NCBI GenBank assembly: GCA_002350725.1
Contig: DEFJ01000025.1
Location: 2,565 to 66,564, forward strand
Length of the DNA: 64,000 nucleotides
Direction of reading: 5' to 3'
DNA from: Cyanobacteria bacterium UBA2855
GTDB lineage: Bacteria > Cyanobacteriota > Vampirovibrionia > Gastranaerophilales > Gastranaerophilaceae
The translations under genes and the position numbers were made by a program. The notes beneath the pieces are model-generated. The model was not told the DNA's origin, did not search any database, and saw only the letters and a program-made list of their open reading frames with translations. Positions 18,750-28,326 of the stretch are shown here, in pieces (position 1 is the stretch's first letter; each line of letters begins with the position of its first letter).

Positions 18750-20525
18750 ATGATATTAGACAAAGTTAACAACCCTCAAGATGTAAAAACTTTATCTATT
18801 GATGAAATGAGTCAACTTGCAGATGAAATGAGAAATTTCATAGTAAAAAAAGTTAATACGGTAAGCGGACACTGTGGTCCAAACCTTGGTATAGCAGAGG
18901 CTACTATTGCTTTACACTACGTATTTAACTCTCCTATCGACAAAATAGTATTTGATGTTTCTCATCAATGTTATCCGCATAAATTTTTAACAGGTAGAAA
19001 AGAGGGATTTATTAATCCTGCAAACTATCATATGTATACAGGGTATACAGCTCCGGAAGAAAGTGAACACGACTTCTTTAAAGTAGGACACACCTCAACC
19101 TCGGTTTCTCTCGCAACAGGATTAGCTAAAGCAAGAGATTTAAAAGGTGAAAAAGGTAATGTTATTGCGCTTATTGGTGATGGTTCCCTTAGCGGGGGAG
19201 AAGCTTTGGAAGGCTTGGATAATGCTGCAGTTCTCGGTTCTAATATCATTATTATAGTAAACGACAATGATATGTCTATTGCCCCAAACGAAGGCGGGTT
19301 ATATAAAAATCTTAAAGAATTACGTGACTCTAACGGTCAAGCAGAATGTAATTTCTTTAAATCCTTAGGATTTGATTATTTATACATTGGAGAAGGAAAT
19401 AACGTAGAAAAACTTATTGAAGGCTTCAAGAAAGTAAAAGACATTGACCATCCTATTGTTGTACATATTGTAACGGAAAAGGGTCACGGCTTAAAAGCTG
19501 CAACAGAAAATAAAGAAATGTTCCACTGGATTATGCCAAATACATTAGACGAAAACAACGAAATCGTTGTCTCAAGCGGAACAACAGGCGAAGATTGGAA
19601 CAGCATAACAAAAGATTATATCTCAAATAAAATAAATGAAGATAAATCTGTCGTTGTAGTAAATGCCGCAACTCCTGGGGTTTTTGGATTTGATAAAAAC
19701 TATAGAGCTCAGCTTGGAAAACACTACGTTGATGTAGGTATCGCAGAAGAACACGCTGTTGCTTTTTCATCAGGCATAGCAAAAGGCGGCGCAAAACCTA
19801 TATTGAACATCATGAGCTCATTTATTCAAAGAACATACGACCAATTGTCACAAGATTTATCATTAAACAATTCTCCGGTAACACTTTTGATATGGTGGGG
19901 CGGAATTTCCGGCGCAGATGCTACTCACCTTTGCACATTCGATATGGCAATGATGGGTAACATTCCTAATCTGATTTATCTTGCTCCGACAAATAAGGAA
20001 GAATATCTTGCAATGCTTGATTGGTCTGTAAATCAAACAAAATATTCAACCGCAATAAGAGTCCCTACCTGTGGACTAAATTCTACCGGAGTAAAAGACA
20101 CCACAAATTATTCGAATGAAATAAACAAATTTAAAATGGTTAAATCAGGCGAAAAAATTGCAATTATCGGTTTAGGCAATTTCTATTGGTTGGCAGAAAA
20201 TGTTGCTAGGGAAATTAAAGCCAAATTAAATATTGATGCTACACTAATAAATCCAAGATTTATAACAGGAATTGATAAGGAAATGCTTGATAGCCTTAAG
20301 AAAAATCATGATGTTGTTATAACTCTTGAAGACGGAGAACTCAACGGGGGCTTTGGTGAAAAAGTTGCAAGTTATCTTGGTAATTCTGATATTAAAGTCT
20401 TAAATTACGGAGCAAACAAAGAATTTACAGACAGAGTACCTCTTGACGAATTGTATAAACGATACAGACTTACCCCGTCACAAATTGTTGAAGACACTGT
20501 AAAATATTTAAAGGTTGGGGTTTAA
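18750..20525 (+). CDS. dxs: 1-deoxy-D-xylulose-5-phosphate synthase
   Basis: SGHCGPNLG...DKIVFDVSHQCYPHKFLTGR and the GDGSLSGGEALEGLNNA-like TPP motif. Transketolase-like pyrimidine and C-terminal domains are present. Confidence 0.85.
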   Translation: MILDKVNNPQDVKTLSIDEMSQLADEMRNFIVKKVNTVSGHCGPNLGIAEATIALHYVFNSPIDKIVFDVSHQCYPHKFLTGRKEGFINPANYHMYTGYTAPEESEHDFFKVGHTSTSVSLATGLAKARDLKGEKGNVIALIGDGSLSGGEALEGLDNAAVLGSNIIIIVNDNDMSIAPNEGGLYKNLKELRDSNGQAECNFFKSLGFDYLYIGEGNNVEKLIEGFKKVKDIDHPIVVHIVTEKGHGLKAATENKEMFHWIMPNTLDENNEIVVSSGTTGEDWNSITKDYISNKINEDKSVVVVNAATPGVFGFDKNYRAQLGKHYVDVGIAEEHAVAFSSGIAKGGAKPILNIMSSFIQRTYDQLSQDLSLNNSPVTLLIWWGGISGADATHLCTFDMAMMGNIPNLIYLAPTNKEEYLAMLDWSVNQTKYSTAIRVPTCGLNSTGVKDTTNYSNEINKFKMVKSGEKIAIIGLGNFYWLAENVAREIKAKLNIDATLINPRFITGIDKEMLDSLKKNHDVVITLEDGELNGGFGEKVASYLGNSDIKVLNYGANKEFTDRVPLDELYKRYRLTPSQIVEDTVKYLKVGV

Positions 20526-20537
20526 TCCCAACCTTTT
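20511..20537. terminator. Bidirectional terminator between convergent dxs and the GGDEF gene
   Basis: AAAGGTTGGGgtttaatCCCAACCTTTtt perfect 10-bp stem overlapping the dxs stop. Confidence 0.75.
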
Positions 20538-20544
20538 TCATAAA

Positions 20545-22545
20545 TTAAATTATTGTTGACAAAGATGGCGCAATTGCAATAAAGTGCCTTACTAAATCAG
20601 CATCCCAGAGTTTACCTGCACCCTCTTGAAGAATTTGACAAGCTTTTTCAACAGGCATCCCTTTTCTGTATGGTCTGTCACTAATCAAAGCGTGATATGT
20701 ATCTGCCACAGCAACAATTCTTGCGGAAAGCGGAATTTTATTACCTTTCAACCCTTCAGGATACCCGCTGCCATCAATATGTTCATGATGATACTTCACT
20801 ATTGGAATTAAATGAGAAAGTGCGTCATTAGGAGCAAGCACCTTCTCCGCACCAATTACAGGATGCTGCTTCATTATTTCCCATTCATCCGGTTCAAGAC
20901 GTCCCGGCTTTCTCAAAACATTTTCAGGAATACCGATTTTTCCGACATCATGCAACAAACCGCCTAATGTAATTTTTTGGACTTCTTCTTCAGGAAGATT
21001 GATTGCCCTTGCAAGAGCTTCGGCATATCTGGATACACTTGTAGAGTGACCCTTTGTATAAGGATCTTTTGCATCTATTGCACCCGCAAGAGATGTTACC
21101 ATCTCTATCAAATGATTTTGAGAAATTATTTCTTCATTATTGAATTTATGAACAAGCTCATCTTCAAAATTTATACCCAATTGTGCATGACGTTTAGCAA
21201 CAACTTCTGCAAATGAATTTAACGCTGCATCATCCCAGAAATTAAAATCAGAAGAACTGATAATTGCAGACATCCCTTCCTTGTATCCCTTCGCCTGAGA
21301 AATATACATAGCCTGTTCAGCAAGTATAAGCAATTTTTCCTGATCTTTTGAATTGTCAGGATATGTAGAAATACCTACAGATACTTTCACCGGTCCAACA
21401 TCATCCACAAAACAACAAGATAATGTATATGTAATATATTCAGCCAAATATTTTGCATCCGCAGTAGTTGTATTCGGTAAAATTACAGCAATTTCATCAC
21501 CGCCGTATCTTCCGGCTTTATCATTTGAACGAATATTTTGTTTTATTTTTTCTGCAAGAAGCTTAATTACTTCATCACCTTTTGCATGTCCCAATTCTCT
21601 GTTAATTTTTGATATGTTATTTATATCAAACATTACAACAGACAAAGGAGTATCTGTTTCTTTTGCTTTTTGTAGTTCATTTGCCAAAACCTCTTGGAAA
21701 CCTCTGTGGTTATACAGATTTGTCAGGGTATCGGCATTATTATACTTATTTGCTTTTTCTCTTAATTCTATATTTTGCAAATATAATGCAGCATAGTTTG
21801 CGATAAAAGATAGAATACCTAAATTGCAATCTTCATTATTTTTGCCCAATATCATTACACCAATAGTCTGATTAAGAGAAACCAACGGCAATATAACAGT
21901 AGCACTATCTTTTAAATATGGAATATTTAAAAATCTATTGTCATTCTTAATTATAGAAGATGCCTTTGTAAAGCATTCAATTACAGGATTTTCAACTTCT
22001 GATAAAAATATTTTTGAAGAATATGTACTACCGGAAACACTGGTTAATTTTAAATTAATACATTTTGACTTCTCATGATATGAACCGAATGCCAAAAAAG
22101 AACAATTTAATTTTTCGATAAATATAGAAGTATATGCCCCAATAATATCATTTAAAGAACTTTTGTTTTTCAAAGCAACATTCAAATCAGAAATTATTGA
22201 ACTGTAATCATCATATCCGGAAATAGTTGGAGAAATAGAGTTGTGGAGATATCCTCCATACATTTTATTAGAGGATTTTACCATATTGATATTATTTATT
22301 TTGGCAACAATCTCTCTGTTACGATTAATAGGATTATCCGTAGGCAGAATATCTCTCGGATTAGCGGTTGTCACAGACGAATTTTTCTTACGTACGACTT
22401 TTGAAGGCATGCCTGAGCGATTTTTACGCGCATCAGAAGATGGCACATTGTTTTTTGCCGTAGGATTCGATACAAGTTGAGCTGAAACTGCTTCCGCCTC
22501 ATTTGTCTCAATATTTTGTTTTGATTTTACATTTTTATCCAACAC
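20545..22545 (-). CDS. GAF-GGDEF-HD-GYP composite c-di-GMP signalling protein
   Basis: RYGGDEIAV (GGDEF) and HDVGK...HHEHIDGSGYPEGL (HD-GYP) motifs. The N-terminus is disordered and Ser/Asn/Lys-rich. Confidence 0.85.
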   Translation of the reverse strand: MLDKNVKSKQNIETNEAEAVSAQLVSNPTAKNNVPSSDARKNRSGMPSKVVRKKNSSVTTANPRDILPTDNPINRNREIVAKINNINMVKSSNKMYGGYLHNSISPTISGYDDYSSIISDLNVALKNKSSLNDIIGAYTSIFIEKLNCSFLAFGSYHEKSKCINLKLTSVSGSTYSSKIFLSEVENPVIECFTKASSIIKNDNRFLNIPYLKDSATVILPLVSLNQTIGVMILGKNNEDCNLGILSFIANYAALYLQNIELREKANKYNNADTLTNLYNHRGFQEVLANELQKAKETDTPLSVVMFDINNISKINRELGHAKGDEVIKLLAEKIKQNIRSNDKAGRYGGDEIAVILPNTTTADAKYLAEYITYTLSCCFVDDVGPVKVSVGISTYPDNSKDQEKLLILAEQAMYISQAKGYKEGMSAIISSSDFNFWDDAALNSFAEVVAKRHAQLGINFEDELVHKFNNEEIISQNHLIEMVTSLAGAIDAKDPYTKGHSTSVSRYAEALARAINLPEEEVQKITLGGLLHDVGKIGIPENVLRKPGRLEPDEWEIMKQHPVIGAEKVLAPNDALSHLIPIVKYHHEHIDGSGYPEGLKGNKIPLSARIVAVADTYHALISDRPYRKGMPVEKACQILQEGAGKLWDADLVRHFIAIAPSLSTII

Positions 22546-22796
22546 TACCTGCCTAACACCTTTTCTTTAAAACACATGAATGTTAGAAATTGTTAAAACA
22601 TCAAATAATTTTAACATTCCTTAAAATATATTTTACTCTTTCTCCGGTGAATGGGCAATACTCCATTCAGACGGCAATATCAACATCCTTTCACACAACT
22701 TTCTACTACATTAGTAGTATAACATTTTTTTTATCTCTTTTAAACCCTAAATTTGAAATTATTTACAATAGTTCACTTTTAAGAATTTTTAAATTG

Positions 22797-22825
22797 TTGT
22801 CAAAATTTTGAAAATATATTAGGAT
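22797..22825 (+). promoter_or_regulatory. Promoter TTGTCA-17-TAGGAT, 6 nt from the ATG (leaderless transcript likely)
   Basis: The hexamers have 17-bp spacing. There is no SD between the -10 and the ATG at 22832. Confidence 0.45.
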
Positions 22826-22831
22826 TAATAT

Positions 22832-23035
22832 ATGTATAAATGTAAAATTTGTAATAAGATATACCCAAATAGAATTGATTACTGCGAATGCGGCAGCAGC
22901 GATTTTGAAATTATAGAACAGAGAAAACCTGCGGCGCAACCCGCGGAGAATCCTGAAGAGAGCAGAAAAAGATTAATCTCATGGATAATCTTCGGCGTAT
23001 TTGTATTTGCAGCAATACTTATTTGGTTCATATAG
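22832..23035 (+). CDS. Zinc-ribbon membrane-anchored small protein (67 aa)
   Basis: CKIC...CECG zinc-ribbon followed by a C-terminal TM helix (LISWIIFGVFVFAAILIWFI). Confidence 0.55.
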   Translation: MYKCKICNKIYPNRIDYCECGSSDFEIIEQRKPAAQPAENPEESRKRLISWIIFGVFVFAAILIWFI

Positions 23036-23037
23036 TA

Positions 23038-23616
23038 TTAATATTCAATACCTTTTCGTGCAGTAACTCCGGTATCCCAATAGTGTTTTATCGGATTGAT
23101 TTCCGATACCAAATGTGCTATCTCAACAATTTCAGGCTTGGCATTTCTGCCAGTCAACACAATTTCCATATCCTCAGGCTTATTTTTTAAAACTTTAAGC
23201 ATCTCTTTCATTTCAATAAACCCTAAATCTATAGCGATATTAGCCTCATCAAGAATAATAAGATTGTATTCATCATTTTGAATAGCTTTTTTTGCCAAAT
23301 CCCAGCCTTTCTTAATTTCAGTTAAATCGGCATCACACTTGTTATTACGATATACAATTCTATCTAATCCTGCTTGGACAATAGTTAAATTTTCGGCTAT
23401 TGCAGGGGATAGATTTCTAAACGAATTTAATTCTCCATAATCATCTCCGCCTTTTGTAAACATAACAATAAGCACCTTCCAATTACGCCCCAAAGCTCGC
23501 ATTGCAAGCCCCAACGATGCAGTTGTTTTTCCTTTGCCATTTCCGGTATAAACTTGAATGTATCCGTGTTTTGCCCAATCAGGATTTATTAAAGTATTTT
23601 TTAATTCGTCTTTCAT
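23038..23616 (-). CDS. cobO: Cob(I)yrinic acid a,c-diamide / cob(I)alamin adenosyltransferase
   Basis: YTGNGKGKTTASLGLAMRALG P-loop and CobA/CobO/BtuR family layout. Confidence 0.85.
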   Translation of the reverse strand: MKDELKNTLINPDWAKHGYIQVYTGNGKGKTTASLGLAMRALGRNWKVLIVMFTKGGDDYGELNSFRNLSPAIAENLTIVQAGLDRIVYRNNKCDADLTEIKKGWDLAKKAIQNDEYNLIILDEANIAIDLGFIEMKEMLKVLKNKPEDMEIVLTGRNAKPEIVEIAHLVSEINPIKHYWDTGVTARKGIEY

Positions 23617-23639
23617 TGTGCTTATTATATAATAAATTT

Positions 23640-24149
23640 ATGGAAAATAAAACTGCCTTAAGATTACATTATAAATCCATTAGAAAGACACTTGACAGAA
23701 ATTTGGCAAGTCAAATTATTGTTGAAAAAATTAAAAATCTTGACATATACAAAACATCAAAAAACATCATGTTATTTTACCCTATGACGCACGAAATTGA
23801 CTTAAGAGAACTTACAAATGATTGTTCAAAAAACTTTTACTATCCGCGTGTATCAGGAGAAAATCTTCTTGTATGTCCAAACAATAATGAGTATATAAAA
23901 TCAAAATTCGGAGTCCTGGAACCTACATCAAATCCCGTTAATCCTGAGATATTAGATTTAATATTTGTTCCGGCACTTGCGGTTGATAAAAACTTTTATC
24001 GTCTGGGGTATGGCGGAGGATACTACGACAGATTTTTACAAAATTATCATTTAATAACTACAGTAACACCTATTTTCAAAGAACTTACAACAGAAAAATT
24101 GCCCACGGAAGATTTTGATAAACCTATAAATTACATAGTTACAGATTAA
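23640..24149 (+). CDS. 5-formyltetrahydrofolate cyclo-ligase
   Basis: Family-typical length and motifs (FYPM..E.D...L; VPALAVD..G.RLGYGGGYYDRFL). The start was moved to MENKTAL because the ORF-track start overlaps cobO. Confidence 0.8.
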   Translation: MENKTALRLHYKSIRKTLDRNLASQIIVEKIKNLDIYKTSKNIMLFYPMTHEIDLRELTNDCSKNFYYPRVSGENLLVCPNNNEYIKSKFGVLEPTSNPVNPEILDLIFVPALAVDKNFYRLGYGGGYYDRFLQNYHLITTVTPIFKELTTEKLPTEDFDKPINYIVTD

Positions 24150-24152
24150 ATT

Positions 24153-24572
24153 TTAAGATTTTGGAATTTCTTTAATTTGCTCATTCAAATTCATATCTAT
24201 AAATTTAAAAATATTTAATACTATCCCAGGCGCAAAATAATAAGAATTATTAGCCGGAGTAATTTTTAAAATACTTTTATTTGGTCCGTAATAAGCAACC
24301 GCAGCAAGAAATTCTCTACCGGCAGCTTTAAATATAATATAACCGCTTTTTGATTGTAGCTCTTTTATCTCAAAGCGATTAGCGGCAATACTGTCCAAAG
24401 CATAATAATACAAGTTATCCGCAGATAAATTATATGTTTTAAAACAATCACTAAACGGAACATTAGTAGGAGTTGTAAGCTGTTGCATTGTCAATTCTTC
24501 AGCACGTACACTCGTTATAATTCCTGTTATACATATAATGATAATAGCTAAAAATTTTATGATTCTTTCCAT
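24153..24572 (-). CDS. Secreted hypothetical protein (139 aa)
   Basis: Signal peptide MERIIKFLAIIIICITGIITSVRA. Its start overlaps the polA stop. Confidence 0.6.
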   Translation of the reverse strand: MERIIKFLAIIIICITGIITSVRAEELTMQQLTTPTNVPFSDCFKTYNLSADNLYYYALDSIAANRFEIKELQSKSGYIIFKAAGREFLAAVAYYGPNKSILKITPANNSYYFAPGIVLNIFKFIDMNLNEQIKEIPKS

Positions 24573-27436
24573 GTTTCACCTGTATTTATATCTATTTTGA
24601 GCGGGACTCTAAGTGGTTGATTTAATTCCATAGCAGCTTTTACAATAGATTTTACCTCTTCTAATTCAGATTTAAAAGTTTCTATTACAATTTCATCATG
24701 AACTTGTAATATCATTTTTGATTTTAAATTTCTCTCATTTAACACTTTTGCGCATTCAATCATAGCATACTTCATTAAATCAGCAGCAGTACCTTGTATC
24801 GGTTGATTGATTGCGGCACGTTTTGCAAACTCTCTAATCATACCGTTAGGACTATTCAATTCAGCGAGATATCTTCTGCGACCAAAAACTGTTTCAACAT
24901 ATCCGTTTTGTTCGGCAGAGTTTATTGTTGATGCCATATACAACTTAATATTCGGATATGTTTCAAAATACTTATCTATAAATTCTTCCGCCTCTGCATT
25001 AGAAATTCCGATAGCTTTTGCAAGTCCATATTTACTCTGTCCGTATATTATACCAAAATTTACAGCCTTTGATTTATATCGCATATCCTTTGTTACTTCA
25101 TCTATCGGCACCCCAAACACCTTTGATGCCGTTAGAGTATGAACATCTACATCATTTGTAAAGGCTTCAATCAAATGCTTGTCCTGCGAAATATGTGCTA
25201 ATAATCTTAATTCTATTTGAGAATAATCAGCAGATAAAATTAAAGCTTTTTCTCTATCCTCAGGAACAAAAGCCGCTCTTATTTTATTACCATCCTCCGT
25301 ACGTGCAGGAATATTCTGTAAATTCGGATTTGAAGAGGACAATCTTCCTGTAGTTGTAACTGTTTGATTAAATGATGTGTGAATTCTGTTATCTTTCTTA
25401 CTTATCAATTCCGGCAGAGCATCAGTATAAGTAGAAATTAATTTTGCATATTTTCTATATTCCAATATCAGCCCTGCAATTTCGTAATCTTCTGCCAATT
25501 CCTCCAAAACTTCTGCGCTTGTGGATTTTTTCTTCTTCTTTGATTTTAAACCCATTTTATCAAACAAAATTTCACCCACCTGTTTTGGAGAATTTATATT
25601 AAAATCACAACCGGCCAAACTATAAATTTTTGTTTCTATTACTTTTAACTTGTTTTCCATATCGAAGGATAACTCAGATAAATATTTTGTATCTAAACTT
25701 ACTCCGTTATACTCCATATCAGCTAATACTTTTGCTAATGGCAACTCTATATTATTTAAAATCTTTATTTCATTTTCGTTAAGATGCTCTTTCCAATATT
25801 TAACTAAATCCAAAATTACCGAGCTTTCCGCATTTACAGCATTTGTAATATTGTCAAGATTTGCATTTTTTAAAGTCAATTTTAATTTTTTTATTTCGTC
25901 AGGCTCTGCAAACTGAGGAATAGTCATATTGAGATTTTCAATAGATTGAATATCTATCTCATGACGTACGGAAGGATTCGCAACGTAACTTGCCAACTCA
26001 ACATCAAACTCTGCACCTGCTAAATTGATTCCTTCATTTTTTAATACATTATACAGCTCTTTTAAATTGTATACCGCCTTTTTAACTTCATCGGACTCAA
26101 TAAAAGGTTTTAAACCGCTTATGATATTTGCTTTTGGTAACAAGTTTAGCGCAGTATCATGTTTTATTGGAATATAAAAAGATTTTGTTTCAACTGAAAA
26201 TCCAACCTCTTCACTGATAAACTCTGCATCAACACCATCTTTGTATGCTAATGAAATACCTATTATATCATTTTCAACTGCATTTGAAAAATCATATTTT
26301 ACATTCAATGCAACAAGTTTTTGTTTTTTAAGCTGCTCGCATAAATCATTGAAATCTTTACTGTCCGTTATAAGTTTTGATGAATGACCGGATGATTTAC
26401 TGTTTTTATTTATTTCTTCTGAAACAGCCTGCGCAAACAAACCCAACTGCATTTGTCCGTTTGCCAAATTTGACGAATTTACCGAAATTTTAGCCTCATT
26501 ATTTTGCTCCTGCACAATTTCACTAAAATCGCCATCTGAATTAAATGTTGAAAGTATAGAATTTATATTTTTTAAAAACTTATAAAATTGCATAGATTTT
26601 AAAAATTCGGTTGCTTTTGTTATATTCGGCAACTCGACTTTCGTTTTATCAAAATCAAAATCAACATCCAAATCTCTGATTATGGTAGCAAGATAATAAC
26701 TCAACTTTGCATCTTCAACTCCATTTTTAATTTTTTCTCTTATGGAATTTCCGGAAATCTTATCAATATTTTCTAAAACACCATCAAGATGTCCGAACTC
26801 TTTTAGTAAAGCTTGTGCGGTTTTTTCACCAATACCTCTGATGCCGGGAATACAATCGGATGTATCACCTCTAAGAGATTTATAATCTATTATCTGATTT
26901 GGATAAACGCCTAACTTATTATACACACCTTCCCAATCGTATGTCTTTAATTCACCTTTTGTCGGAATTATTACCTTTACGCAACCCTCTTTATCTATAA
27001 GTTGAAAAGCATCTTGATCCCCTGTTAAGATAAGAACTTTATGACCTAAGGCGCATGCTTGCTTTGAAATTGTCCCGATTACATCATCCGCTTCAAAACC
27101 CTCTTTTGTGTAAATAGGAATATTGAAAGCTCTTAAGCCCTCATAAATTAAGTCCATCTGAGAACGCATTGTATCAGGCATTTGTTCTCTGTTGCTTTTA
27201 TAATTCACATATTTTTCAACTCTGAAAGTTTTATGACTAACATCAAAAGCAACCGCAATTGCATCGGTTTTTATTTTCTGATTTTTTAATAAATCAAATA
27301 TTGCATGAAAAAAACCGTAAACAGCCCAGGTAGGTTGCCCGTCAGTTGTACTCATATTCGTTCTTTCAAGAGCATAATATTCTCGAAAAGCTAATGCGTG
27401 ACCATCTATTAAGATTAAAGTCTTTGAATTCCCCAT
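24557..27436 (-). CDS. polA: DNA polymerase I
   Basis: 5'-nuclease N-terminus (LILIDGHALAFR), 3'-5' exo-like middle, and pol motifs A/B/C (DYSQIELR, RRxAKxxNFGxxYG, QVHDE). Confidence 0.95.
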   Translation of the reverse strand: MGNSKTLILIDGHALAFREYYALERTNMSTTDGQPTWAVYGFFHAIFDLLKNQKIKTDAIAVAFDVSHKTFRVEKYVNYKSNREQMPDTMRSQMDLIYEGLRAFNIPIYTKEGFEADDVIGTISKQACALGHKVLILTGDQDAFQLIDKEGCVKVIIPTKGELKTYDWEGVYNKLGVYPNQIIDYKSLRGDTSDCIPGIRGIGEKTAQALLKEFGHLDGVLENIDKISGNSIREKIKNGVEDAKLSYYLATIIRDLDVDFDFDKTKVELPNITKATEFLKSMQFYKFLKNINSILSTFNSDGDFSEIVQEQNNEAKISVNSSNLANGQMQLGLFAQAVSEEINKNSKSSGHSSKLITDSKDFNDLCEQLKKQKLVALNVKYDFSNAVENDIIGISLAYKDGVDAEFISEEVGFSVETKSFYIPIKHDTALNLLPKANIISGLKPFIESDEVKKAVYNLKELYNVLKNEGINLAGAEFDVELASYVANPSVRHEIDIQSIENLNMTIPQFAEPDEIKKLKLTLKNANLDNITNAVNAESSVILDLVKYWKEHLNENEIKILNNIELPLAKVLADMEYNGVSLDTKYLSELSFDMENKLKVIETKIYSLAGCDFNINSPKQVGEILFDKMGLKSKKKKKSTSAEVLEELAEDYEIAGLILEYRKYAKLISTYTDALPELISKKDNRIHTSFNQTVTTTGRLSSSNPNLQNIPARTEDGNKIRAAFVPEDREKALILSADYSQIELRLLAHISQDKHLIEAFTNDVDVHTLTASKVFGVPIDEVTKDMRYKSKAVNFGIIYGQSKYGLAKAIGISNAEAEEFIDKYFETYPNIKLYMASTINSAEQNGYVETVFGRRRYLAELNSPNGMIREFAKRAAINQPIQGTAADLMKYAMIECAKVLNERNLKSKMILQVHDEIVIETFKSELEEVKSIVKAAMELNQPLRVPLKIDINTGETWKES

Positions 27437-27487
27437 AAGGCTATTTTGCCATAAAAACTTTAATATTTCAATTTTTAAAGATATATT

Positions 27488-28303
27488 TTACTTTGAATTT
27501 ACAAGATAAGAATATACTTCATTTTTACTGACATCATATAATTCGGATAATATTATTGATATATCTTTATCGGAGAAATTTTTTGATTTCAGCAATTTAA
27601 TTTTGTCAGCATACATATCGACCCCGATTTTTGAATTACTACGATGAATCATGACAACAATCTCACCCTTAACTTCCTCTTTTGAAAAATACACTGACAG
27701 ATTTTTAGCTGTATCGGTTATAACTTCCTCAAAAACTTTTGTTAATTCTCTACCAACAGAAACCTGTTTTTCAGGGAATTCCTGTTCAATAATTTTCAAT
27801 GTTTCAATTAGGCGCTTTGGAGATTCGTAAAACACTATATCAGTATCGCTATATTTTGCGACAAGTTCGATTATTTGAGTTTTTATACGGGGCAAAAACC
27901 CAACAAAAATAAAATCTTCACACTCTCTTGGAATTTGAGAAATAAATGTCACAACAGCATTAGCTCCTGCCAATGCCGTTATGGTTTTCCCGTTTTTCTT
28001 TAATTCCCTAACCAAAACAGCCCCGGGGTCACAAAACAAAGGAGTTCCTGCATCGGACACAAGCGCAATCTTTTTACCCTCATTGATTAATTCAATAAAT
28101 TTTGAAACTCTTTCACGTTCATTAAATTTATGATAAGAAATACATTTTGTACCAATAGAAAAATGGTTTAGAAGTTTTTGAGTATTGCGACTATCTTCAC
28201 ACGCAATTATATCAACCGATTTTAATACTTCGATTGCTCTGTTTGACATATCACCTAAATTTCCGATAGGTGTAGGCACAATATAAAAATCAAATTCTCG
28301 CAT
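27488..28303 (-). CDS. rsmI: 16S rRNA (cytidine1402-2'-O)-methyltransferase
   Basis: Tetrapyrrole-methylase-fold N-terminus FYIVPTPIGNLGDMSNRAIEVLKSVDIIACEDSRNT. Confidence 0.9.
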   Translation of the reverse strand: MREFDFYIVPTPIGNLGDMSNRAIEVLKSVDIIACEDSRNTQKLLNHFSIGTKCISYHKFNERERVSKFIELINEGKKIALVSDAGTPLFCDPGAVLVRELKKNGKTITALAGANAVVTFISQIPRECEDFIFVGFLPRIKTQIIELVAKYSDTDIVFYESPKRLIETLKIIEQEFPEKQVSVGRELTKVFEEVITDTAKNLSVYFSKEEVKGEIVVMIHRSNSKIGVDMYADKIKLLKSKNFSDKDISIILSELYDVSKNEVYSYLVNSK

Positions 28304-28326
28304 AGTGGTATTGTATCATAAAATGC

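Noticed and set aside
23502-23639. ORF-track N-terminal extensions (also 45841..45945, 48058..48120, 48254..48322, 44553..44615, 63648..63713, 15295..15339, 6301..6345)
   Set aside because: The extensions overlap neighbouring genes or contain promoters or leaders. In each case an internal ATG with a proper Shine-Dalgarno begins the recognisable protein.
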